Below are positions 55,879 through 64,000 of a stretch of 64,000 nucleotides of DNA, in pieces. The position numbers were made by a program, and so were the translations under genes. The stretch comes from an uncultured Mycoplasma sp. GTDB taxonomy: Bacteria > Bacillota_I > Bacilli_A > RF39 > UBA660. Where the stretch lies: contig CANSFH010000003.1 in NCBI GenBank assembly GCA_947646115.1, positions 16,078-80,077 on the forward strand, read 5' to 3'. Under the pieces are notes generated by a model. The model was not told the origin of the DNA, did no database searches, and was given only the letters and a program-made list of their open reading frames with translations. The first letter of the stretch is position 1, and every line of letters begins with the position of its first letter.

Positions 55879-58800
55879 TTAGACAAAATCAAATAAACTT
55901 AATTGACTTGTTTCGGGAAGATTACCAAATACACCTAGACTTCTTAATTTATCTACAGTAGTTCCATTAACATGACCTCTTAAACTAAAGTCCTCAATAC
56001 TATAAAAAGGTTTTATATTTCGTTCTTCAATTATTTTTTTAGCGACAGAATCGCCTAAACCATCAAGAGTTCTAAATGGACAAATAAGAGTTTTATGATC
56101 ATCTCCAATTATAAAGTTCTTGCCATCACTTTTTTCAATATCTATATTACCGAATTTAAATCCTCTAGCTGTAGCTTCTAAACATAATTTTAAGGTTTCT
56201 AAAACACTTGTTTCTTTATTTGTAGCGCTATAACCTTTAGCGATAATTTCATTCATTTTAGCTTTAATAGCATCATATCCTTTAATCATGGTTTCAAGAT
56301 CAAAATCATCAAATCTAGTAGAAAAATAAGTTGCATAGTAAACATCAGGATGATGTACTTTAAAATATGCGATTCTAAAAGCACTCATTACATAGGCTGC
56401 GGCATGGGCTTTAGGGAACATATACTTAATTTTGCCACAAGAATCAATAAACCAAGAATCAATGCCAGCGTCTTCCATCGCTTTTTTATGTTTAACCCAA
56501 GTTTCTGGATCTTTGGATGCTTTTCCTTTACGCACAAATTCCATTATTTTAAATGCTTTTATAGGTTCCATTCCCTTATACATCAAATAAACCATTATAT
56601 CGTCACGACACCCTATAACATCACTAAAAGGTACTACTTTATTACGGATTAATTCTTGAGCATTACCTAACCAAACGTCAGTTCCGTGAGATAAACCAGA
56701 AATTTTAATTAATTCAGCAAAGGTTTTAGGTTTAGTATCAACTAACATACCTATTGTAAAGGGAGTTCCGAATTCTGGCACACCTAATGTACCTGTTTCA
56801 TTCATAATTTGCTCTTTAGTCACACCAAGCGGTTCTGGAGAAATAAAGATGCCCATTGTTTCTTTATCATCTAAAGGTACAGTAGTAACATCAACACCAG
56901 AAATATCCTGAATCATTCGCAGTTGAGTAGGATCTGTATGTCCTAATATATCTAATTTTAAAACATCTTCATCAATAGCATGATAATCAAAATGAGTTGT
57001 ACGCCATGCTGCATCTATATCTTCAGCGGGATATTGAAAAGGTGTAAAATCAAAAACATCCATATATCCAGGAATAACTACTATACCTCCTGGATGTTGG
57101 CCAGTTGTACGTTTAACTCCTGTACAACCTATGGCTAGTCTTTCTATTTCACAATTGTTCATTATAATTCCCTTTTGTTCTGCATAGCCTCTTACAAAAC
57201 CAAAAGCTGTTTTTTCGGCGACTGTACCAATAGTTCCTGCACGATAAACATTATCTACACCAAATAGAACTTTAGTGTAATCGTGAGCTGCAGCTTGGTT
57301 TAAATCAGAAAAATTGAGATCGATATCCGGTACTTTATCAGCATTAAATCCAAGGAAAGTAGCAAAAGGCATATCTTGACCATCTTTAGTCATTAAGGTG
57401 CCGCATTTGGGACAATCTAAATCAGGTAAGTCAAATCCACTTTTGTAAGTTGCACCTAAAGGATTACCTTTTTCATCATCAAAAATACTATGACAGCAGT
57501 TCTTACAACGATAATGAGGAGGTAGAGAATTAACTTCAGTTATACCCATCATAGTAGCAACAAAGCTAGATCCTACAGAACCACGTGATCCAACCAAGAA
57601 ACCGTCATCATTACTTTTTTTAACTAATTTTTGAGCAATTAAATAAATAACGTCGAAACCTCCACCTATGATTCCTCCTAAAGCTTTTTTGATCTTTTTA
57701 TCAATATCATCTAATGGATTTATTTCTTTTAATACTTTTAATTCTGCTTCTAAAGATTCTTTATCTTCATTATTATCTTTAACTTTTTCTTCTAAATCTT
57801 TAATATTATTGTTGTATTCATTTTCTAATTTAATAATTAATTCATTTTTAATTATTTCTTTAACACTATCAAAACCTTTTAAAATAGTTTCATGAAGTAA
57901 AGCAAAAGATTTAACAGTAAGTTCTTCGCCCTCAAGCTGTTCTTCTCTTATAAGTTTAGTTTTAATACTATCTAAAACTGCATCACCATAAAGTTCTTTT
58001 GAAATACGCTCTTCAATGTTATATGGAAGCGGATTGCCATACCATGAAGCTGCTTTTGTATACACTAAATCTGTAACTGTTTCTACCGATTTATCGATAC
58101 GTGGTGAAAATGGTACCCCACCTGTTTGAATAATTACTTCTACCTCTTCAATCATATCAGCAATAATATTCGAATTTGTAACAACTATTTCATATGCTAA
58201 ATCGGGACCTAAAAAGGCAAATTCATCTAACATTTCATCAGTTGTTCTAATATGCATATCAGGTTGATCTACCCCTCTTTTATTTAAAGGATGAAGTTTA
58301 CCATTAGATTTTTGAGCAATTATTATATCACGGTATATTTTATCATTTTGGGTTAAATAGTGAGCATCACTAGTAGCAACAACTATTTTTCCAGCGTCAC
58401 GAGCTACTTTAATAATTTTCTTTAAGTGTTCTTCTAAATCATGCATTGTTTTAAAGCCACTAGATTCTAGTTGTAATAAATGTTTAATAGCACTTAAAGG
58501 TTGAACTTCAATATAGTCATAGAAGCTCATTAAGTTAGCTAATTCTTCATCATCTTTAGTTTTAGCTTCCTCAAATATTTCACCATTAACACATCCTGAA
58601 CCTATAAGTAAACCTTCACGAAGCTTTTTTAATTCTCCACGTGGCAGTTTAGGCTCACTATTACGGAATAAATATGTTGTATTAGCATAAGATATTATTT
58701 TAAATAAGTTTTTTAAACCAGTTTTGTTTTTTACTAAACAACATAAATGAAATGGAAATGAGAATTTAATTAATTCATTAATATTTACAGAATTAAATAG

Positions 58801-60894
58801 TTTAGTCGTAGTTTCAATATTTCTAGCATCTAATTCTTCACACATTTTATGAAAAGCATGGGCTGTTCCTTCCGCATCGTAATCTGCTCTATGGTGCGCG
58901 TCTTCGTCCCATTCTATTTTATAACGTCTAACTAATGTTGTTAGTTTGTGATTAGGCCATTCAGGATGAAGCATACGAGCGATGCTCATTGTATCTAAAA
59001 CTGTATTAGTAAATTCACCAAGGTTATATTTAGCACAAGCAGCACTAATAAATCCAATATCGAATTTAGCATTATGAGCCACCATGGGAAGGTCGCCTGT
59101 CCATTCCAAGAAACGTCTAGTAACATTTTCTTCAGAATCATGGCCAGCAAGCATTTCATCAGTAATACAAGTAAGTTCCGTGATTTTAGCAGGAAGTGGT
59201 CTTTTAGGGTCAATAAATTCATCAAAACGGTCAGTAATTTCACCGCCTTTAATTTTAACAGCACCAATTTCAATCATTTGATCACTGCCTACATAAAAGC
59301 CTGTTGTTTCCGTATCGAAGACAACATATTCTTCATTAAGTAAATCATAATCTTTTAAATTATGAATAAAATCTATATCATCATTAACTACATTTAGTTC
59401 AGTACCATAAATTACTTTAAAGTGATCTTCAGGTGCTTTTCCTTTATTATAATCACATACTGCATGGAATAAATCAGGATATGATTGCAAAACGTTGTGG
59501 TCAGTTACTGCTATCGCTTTATGGCCTAAAGTAAGTGCATGATTTACTAATGATTTAGCTTCTATGACACCATCCATCATACTCATCATTGTATGGGTAT
59601 GAAGTTCTACTCTTTTAGTCTCACTATTATCGACTATTTTAGGAGCTTTACTAGCTATACATTCTAAATTCCAAATTTGGAAAACCATTTCATGAGAATA
59701 GTTGTCAAATTCAATATTTCCGTGGAATCTAAACCATTTTTTCTTTTTTGCAGCGTCTTTTAAAGCACTTTTAATAAGCCCAAATTCTCTTTTATTTTTC
59801 TTAAATATTTTAGCAAGCATACTACTAGTGTTATCGCTAATTTTTAAAGTCATTATATTAATAGTATCTTTTTCTAAAAGTTCGTCACCAAAAACATATG
59901 CTTCGACAATAACATTTTCTCTAGCTCCTAAAATATTTTCAATAGAAGTTGTTTCACCTTCAATATGGGTTCCGATTACAATATTAGGGTCCTCATTTTT
60001 GGCAATAATTATTTCGCGATCTTCAATACGTTCTAAATTTCTAACGCTTAAGGCTAAACATTTAGAATAAGAGTCAAAATCGACACTGCCATTTAGGCGA
60101 TACCATGCTTCTTCTTTTAATGCTTCCTTAATTGGCAAATATTCTTCTTTATCTTTTTTAAATATTTTAGCCATAATGCTTTTAGTATTATCACTTATAG
60201 ATAAAGTTATAATATTAATATTATCACGTTCTAAATAAGATATTGATTCAATATATCCTTCGATAGTAATATTTTTGCCTATAGATTCAATCGTATTTAT
60301 GTTTACTGCTTCTTTAGTTATTTCTTTACCTAAAATTATATCACCAGGAGTTAGTTCGTGAGTTATTTCGGTATAAGTTGTTGGAGCTTGAACTTGTTCT
60401 AATTCTTTAGCTACAATATCTCTTTTTTCTTCATTAAGTTTAGTTGTGATAAGATAGTCTTTAAAACCAAAGCTAGCTAATATTTTTCTAATGTTAGCTT
60501 CTTCTTTCTTAATAGTTTCTTCTTCAGTATTGCTGATAACTTCAAAGATAATTAAATCATCATCAATTATAGGCGTACTTTCTTCTAGACTAATAAGAGA
60601 AGGCTTATTTTTTACTAATTGTTTTATAATTTCATTTAAATAATTTAAGACGTCTTGGTCAGTAATATTTTCATAAGATATAAAGATATTACATTTATAT
60701 AAATTATTAATTTTATATTTACCATTTATTAATTCATTAATAACATTAAAGGGTAAAACTTTAGTGGATTTTAAATACACGTTAAAAGTTTCTGTTTTTT
60801 TATTTAAAACAACTTTATCTATTGTAATATTCTCTACAATTTCTTCTTCAATAACAAAATTAATACTTTTTAAGAATGCATTTATATCGTGCAT
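55879..60894 (-). CDS. polC: DNA polymerase III PolC-type, unusually long (about 1670 aa)
   Basis: PHP (RVELHTHT), DEDDh exonuclease (VVFDTETTG, AHNAKFDIGF, HRADYDA), zinc module (CKNC...CPKC) and palm (GSRGSVGSS, GVKRTTGQHPGG). The ATG at 60894 is preceded by AGGTGG. The track start at 60903 is the GTG within that Shine-Dalgarno. Confidence 0.95.
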   Translation of the reverse strand: MHDINAFLKSINFVIEEEIVENITIDKVVLNKKTETFNVYLKSTKVLPFNVINELINGKYKINNLYKCNIFISYENITDQDVLNYLNEIIKQLVKNKPSLISLEESTPIIDDDLIIFEVISNTEEETIKKEEANIRKILASFGFKDYLITTKLNEEKRDIVAKELEQVQAPTTYTEITHELTPGDIILGKEITKEAVNINTIESIGKNITIEGYIESISYLERDNINIITLSISDNTKSIMAKIFKKDKEEYLPIKEALKEEAWYRLNGSVDFDSYSKCLALSVRNLERIEDREIIIAKNEDPNIVIGTHIEGETTSIENILGARENVIVEAYVFGDELLEKDTINIMTLKISDNTSSMLAKIFKKNKREFGLIKSALKDAAKKKKWFRFHGNIEFDNYSHEMVFQIWNLECIASKAPKIVDNSETKRVELHTHTMMSMMDGVIEAKSLVNHALTLGHKAIAVTDHNVLQSYPDLFHAVCDYNKGKAPEDHFKVIYGTELNVVNDDIDFIHNLKDYDLLNEEYVVFDTETTGFYVGSDQMIEIGAVKIKGGEITDRFDEFIDPKRPLPAKITELTCITDEMLAGHDSEENVTRRFLEWTGDLPMVAHNAKFDIGFISAACAKYNLGEFTNTVLDTMSIARMLHPEWPNHKLTTLVRRYKIEWDEDAHHRADYDAEGTAHAFHKMCEELDARNIETTTKLFNSVNINELIKFSFPFHLCCLVKNKTGLKNLFKIISYANTTYLFRNSEPKLPRGELKKLREGLLIGSGCVNGEIFEEAKTKDDEELANLMSFYDYIEVQPLSAIKHLLQLESSGFKTMHDLEEHLKKIIKVARDAGKIVVATSDAHYLTQNDKIYRDIIIAQKSNGKLHPLNKRGVDQPDMHIRTTDEMLDEFAFLGPDLAYEIVVTNSNIIADMIEEVEVIIQTGGVPFSPRIDKSVETVTDLVYTKAASWYGNPLPYNIEERISKELYGDAVLDSIKTKLIREEQLEGEELTVKSFALLHETILKGFDSVKEIIKNELIIKLENEYNNNIKDLEEKVKDNNEDKESLEAELKVLKEINPLDDIDKKIKKALGGIIGGGFDVIYLIAQKLVKKSNDDGFLVGSRGSVGSSFVATMMGITEVNSLPPHYRCKNCCHSIFDDEKGNPLGATYKSGFDLPDLDCPKCGTLMTKDGQDMPFATFLGFNADKVPDIDLNFSDLNQAAAHDYTKVLFGVDNVYRAGTIGTVAEKTAFGFVRGYAEQKGIIMNNCEIERLAIGCTGVKRTTGQHPGGIVVIPGYMDVFDFTPFQYPAEDIDAAWRTTHFDYHAIDEDVLKLDILGHTDPTQLRMIQDISGVDVTTVPLDDKETMGIFISPEPLGVTKEQIMNETGTLGVPEFGTPFTIGMLVDTKPKTFAELIKISGLSHGTDVWLGNAQELIRNKVVPFSDVIGCRDDIMVYLMYKGMEPIKAFKIMEFVRKGKASKDPETWVKHKKAMEDAGIDSWFIDSCGKIKYMFPKAHAAAYVMSAFRIAYFKVHHPDVYYATYFSTRFDDFDLETMIKGYDAIKAKMNEIIAKGYSATNKETSVLETLKLCLEATARGFKFGNIDIEKSDGKNFIIGDDHKTLICPFRTLDGLGDSVAKKIIEERNIKPFYSIEDFSLRGHVNGTTVDKLRSLGVFGNLPETSQLSLFDFV
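59662..60348 (-). repeat. tandem duplication of the PolC OB-fold module (protein-level repeat)
   Basis: aa 186-292 and aa 305-414 align throughout: NINIITLSISDNTKSIMAKIFKKDKEEY...WYRLNGSVDFDSYS...RNLERI against INIMTLKISDNTSSMLAKIFKKNKREF...WFRFHGNIEFDNYS...WNLECI. Confidence 0.75.
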
Positions 60895-60910
60895 TAATAC
60901 CACCTACTTC

Positions 60911-63802
60911 TTATATTTTATTTAAAAAATCTATATTTATATTAAACTCATCAAAGCGTTTAGTAACACGACCTTGAATACTTATTATATCACCAACTTG
61001 TAAATTTGTAAGCATATAATAAGCTTTTGGGAATAAAATAAATTCACCTTCTCCTGTTTCATCAGAAGCGTTTATAAAGGCCATATTATCTCCTTTTTTA
61101 GTTTTAATAGTTTTTATTTTTTCAATTAGTACAACACATTTAATATGTTTATCAAAGTATTCTTTAATATTAACCATTTTAATTATAGATTTATCTTGAT
61201 ATTTGCTTATAGGGTGATTTTTTAAATAAAAGCCATAGGAAGTAAATTCTTTTTCACGAAGAATTTCTTCCTCATATTCTAATGTATTATCAATTGTTGG
61301 CTTTATAACAAATGATTCATCTAAAGACCCTATTAGTTCAGCATAGTTAAGAGCATTATCAAGATTTTCAATCATTGCTTTTTTACTTAAATTAAAGCTA
61401 TCTAAAACGCCAGAATCGATTAAAGATATAATAGTTTTTTTATTTACACTTTTGCCATATACTCTAGCAATAAAATCTAAATAATCTTTAAATTCCCCTT
61501 TTTCTCTTTCAGATAAAATTGCTGAAGTTGCTGAAGCTCCTAGATTCTTGATACTACAAAGTGGCAACATTAAAGAACCGGATTTAATTAAATAAGTATT
61601 ATCACTCAAATTAATATCTGGTTTTAAAATCGGAATATTTTTTCTTTTGGCTTCAGTAATATATTCTTTAGTTTTAACTATACTACCTAAACTCATATTT
61701 AAAAGATTAGTAATAAAATATATGGGAAATTTAGTTTTCAAATAAGCCATCTGATAGCCAATAAGTGCATAAGAAACAGAATGAGCTTTATTAAAACCAT
61801 AATTAGCAAATTTTAAAATTAAATCATAAATACTTGTTGCTATTTTTTCGTTATAGCCTTTTGTTTTAGCATTATTAATAAAATGAGCTTTGTCACTTAA
61901 CATAACACTTTCTTTTTTCTTGGACATAGCACGTCTTATAAGATCAGCTTCAGCATATGTATAGCCACCTATTTTAACAAGTATTTCCATTACTTGCTCT
62001 TGGTAGATTATAACACCATACGTATCTTTTAAAATCGGTTCTAAATCGGGATGCAAATATGTTATTTTATCTTTACCATATTTACGATTTATAAACAAAT
62101 CAATGTTTTCCATTGGGCCTGGGCGAAATAAGGCAACAGCGGCGACTAAATCTGAAAAACTACTAGGTTTTAATTTCTTCATTAAGTTTTTCATACCACT
62201 ACTTTCATATTGGAATATTCCTTCAGTATCGGCTTCACTAAACATTTTAAAAATTTCTGGGTCATTTAAACTGATTTTACTTAAATCAAGAATTTTGACT
62301 GTATTTTCTTTAATTAAATCTAAAACATTGCCAATAATAGTTAAATTTCTTAAAGCAAGAAAATCCATCTTTAATAAGCCTAAATTCTCCAAGTATTCCA
62401 TGGTAGTACCTGTCATTATACCTTCTCCATTGTTTATGATAGGAATAATATTATCAAGAGGAATACTTGATATTACTACTCCAGCAGCATGCGTAGATAT
62501 ATGGCGCTTATATCCTTCTAAAAAAGTACTATCTTGATACATTTTTTTAAGTTCAGGATAATTTATTAAAAAGTTTTTAATATTATCAATTTCTAAATTT
62601 TCAGGTAAAGTAAGTTTAGGATTAATTAAACTTACAAACTTATCAATAGTTGAAAGTGGTATATCTAATATACGACCAACATCACGTAGTACTTGTTTGG
62701 AGCCCAAAGTACCAAAGGTCATTATAGGCGCAACATTAAATTTGCCATAACGATCTTTAACATAATCAATTACCGCACCACGTTTAGTATATTCAAAATC
62801 AATATCAATATCAGGCATGGTTATACGTTCAGGATTTAAGAAACGCTCAAATAATAAATCATATTTGATAGGATCAACATCAGTTATCCCAATTGAAAAA
62901 CTTACTAAAGAACCTGCCGCACTACCTCTTCCAGGACCAACTAATATATTATTTTTTTTGGCATATAAAACATAATCATATACGATTAAAAAATAATCAA
63001 CAAATCCCATTTTTTTAATAACAGATAATTCATAATTAAGACGTTCTAAATAGTTAGGACTAACATTTCCTTTTAATCTTTTAGCTAAACCTTTATGAGC
63101 AAGATTATATAAAAATTCATAAGAATTAAGTTCTGCATTATATTTAGGAATTAAATTAGGATTATTTTCTAAAGTAATATTAATATCGTCAATAAATTCA
63201 ACCGTAGATAAAGCATCTTCTTCTTTAATATTAAGATTTAAGTAGTTAGAACTATAATCAGTTACAACATCTTTTAATAAGATACCTTTATCTATAGCTT
63301 CTAAATAACTTAAGTAATTAGTATCTTCTTTAGATAAAGATTTAATATCACGGATATAAACAACTTTAGTACTTTTTAATAAGGCATTTATTTTTTCCGT
63401 ATCATTAACATAACCTAAATAGGCACTAGGATATTTTTCTAGTAAATCATAAGATAAGCTTGGTAAAACTATTTTAATATTATCTAATAAAGGATTTAAT
63501 GTTTCAAAAGAAATATTTTGAAACTCTTTTAAAGTATGTATTTTTAATAAATTTAAATAGCCTTGATAATTTGTAGCATATAATAATATTTCATAATCTT
63601 CAATATTAATTTTTAAACCAATAATGGGTTTTAAATTATTTTGCAGCATTTTTGTATAAAATTCCATGACACCAAAAAGATTATCATCACAGATTCCTGC
63701 GCTAGTGATATTATTATTTTTTAAGAAAGATATAAGACTATCAATCTTAATTGTACTTTTAAGTAATGAATATTCAGTTGTAATTTTTAAAGGTACAAAC
63801 AT
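60911..63802 (-). CDS. dnaE: DNA polymerase III alpha subunit DnaE
   Basis: PHP domain, palm motif (MPDIDIDF), fingers (FNKAHSVSYA) and a C-terminal OB. Its stop lies 16 nt upstream of the polC ATG. Confidence 0.95.
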   Translation of the reverse strand: MFVPLKITTEYSLLKSTIKIDSLISFLKNNNITSAGICDDNLFGVMEFYTKMLQNNLKPIIGLKINIEDYEILLYATNYQGYLNLLKIHTLKEFQNISFETLNPLLDNIKIVLPSLSYDLLEKYPSAYLGYVNDTEKINALLKSTKVVYIRDIKSLSKEDTNYLSYLEAIDKGILLKDVVTDYSSNYLNLNIKEEDALSTVEFIDDINITLENNPNLIPKYNAELNSYEFLYNLAHKGLAKRLKGNVSPNYLERLNYELSVIKKMGFVDYFLIVYDYVLYAKKNNILVGPGRGSAAGSLVSFSIGITDVDPIKYDLLFERFLNPERITMPDIDIDFEYTKRGAVIDYVKDRYGKFNVAPIMTFGTLGSKQVLRDVGRILDIPLSTIDKFVSLINPKLTLPENLEIDNIKNFLINYPELKKMYQDSTFLEGYKRHISTHAAGVVISSIPLDNIIPIINNGEGIMTGTTMEYLENLGLLKMDFLALRNLTIIGNVLDLIKENTVKILDLSKISLNDPEIFKMFSEADTEGIFQYESSGMKNLMKKLKPSSFSDLVAAVALFRPGPMENIDLFINRKYGKDKITYLHPDLEPILKDTYGVIIYQEQVMEILVKIGGYTYAEADLIRRAMSKKKESVMLSDKAHFINNAKTKGYNEKIATSIYDLILKFANYGFNKAHSVSYALIGYQMAYLKTKFPIYFITNLLNMSLGSIVKTKEYITEAKRKNIPILKPDINLSDNTYLIKSGSLMLPLCSIKNLGASATSAILSEREKGEFKDYLDFIARVYGKSVNKKTIISLIDSGVLDSFNLSKKAMIENLDNALNYAELIGSLDESFVIKPTIDNTLEYEEEILREKEFTSYGFYLKNHPISKYQDKSIIKMVNIKEYFDKHIKCVVLIEKIKTIKTKKGDNMAFINASDETGEGEFILFPKAYYMLTNLQVGDIISIQGRVTKRFDEFNINIDFLNKI

Positions 63803-63844
63803 AATACCACCCCACTATATAAATTATATCAAATATTAATAAAA

Positions 63845-63870
63845 GAAAAAAGTAACTTTAGCTAGTTACT
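63845..63870 (-). terminator. rho-independent terminator of the upstream paralog gene
   Basis: On the minus strand, AGTAACT-agctaa-AGTTACT is followed by TTTTTTCTTTT. Confidence 0.6.
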
Positions 63871-63881
63871 TTAAAAATTTA

Positions 63882-64000
63882 CTAGGAATTTGCTCCTACT
63901 ACGACATATGGGTCAGCAGAAGTTCCTGTTCCTGTTAATGTTACATCAGCTTTCAGATTTATTACTGGGCGCACACCACGAGCGTTAGTAACATAATCGT
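63882..64000 (-). CDS. C-terminal end of a second DUF6273-like surface protein (5' part outside window)
   Basis: Minus-strand translation ...GVRPVINLKADVTLTGTGTSADPYVVVGANS*. Positions 63922-63978 are near-identical (1 mismatch in 57 nt) to 2501-2557. Confidence 0.6.
   Translation of the reverse strand, partial: DYVTNARGVRPVINLKADVTLTGTGTSADPYVVVGANS

Noticed and set aside
56350-60070. Several ORFs within polC on either strand (for example 56350-56652, 58995-59273, 59074-59343 and 59702-60070)
   Set aside because: All are nested in the polC reading frame, which carries diagnostic polymerase and exonuclease motifs throughout. None has independent support.
1-64000. Search for CRISPR arrays, rRNA/tRNA genes, and transposases, integrases or IS terminal repeats
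   Set aside because: I found no regularly spaced direct repeats, no tRNA-like T-arm or acceptor patterns in the intergenic regions, and no recombinase-like ORFs. The only long dispersed repeat (2501-2557 / 63922-63978) lies inside paralogous coding sequences, not at element ends.

Overview
Very AT-rich chromosomal segment, with no sign of a mobile element, from an endospore-forming, PolC-type low-GC Bacillota genome. It holds about 70 genes, almost all on the minus strand. Conserved blocks are rimP-nusA-ylxR-infB-rbfA-truB, mraZ-rsmH-ftsL-PBP2B, yqfC-yqfD-(VanZ-like)-ybeY-dgkA-era-yqzL-recO, and rodZ-like-pgsA. Also present are a type-B RNase P RNA abutting gpsB, recU-ponA, spoIIGA-sigE, dxs, and dnaE directly followed by polC. 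The less ordinary content is as follows. (1) The 550-bp gap inside a two-component-system/MacB-type ABC module looks like a type I toxin-antitoxin-like RNA module. It has a promoter, a roughly 240-nt mRNA whose 5' and 3' ends form a long helix, a 21-aa hydrophobic ORF, and a convergent antisense RNA with its own promoter and terminator. (2) A TRAM-less methylthiotransferase-like radical SAM gene sits in the same module. (3) One operon encodes a secreted amidase, three tandem dGTPase-like HD paralogs, RecX and a wHTH-metallophosphoesterase. A second wHTH-metallophosphoesterase elsewhere is fused to a long coiled coil. (4) PolC carries a tandemly duplicated OB domain and a roughly 100-aa insertion. 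(5) Two tandem HExxH paralogs occupy the position after sigE where sigG normally sits. (6) RimP is truncated and an extra Zn-ribbon gene lies inside the nusA-infB operon. Several regulatory sites can be read directly: MraZ boxes, response-regulator-type direct repeats, a spoIIG-like long-spacer promoter, and sigma-A promoters and terminators. No rRNA, tRNA, CRISPR array, transposase or integrase was seen. All calls rest on reading motifs and synteny by eye; no database search was possible.
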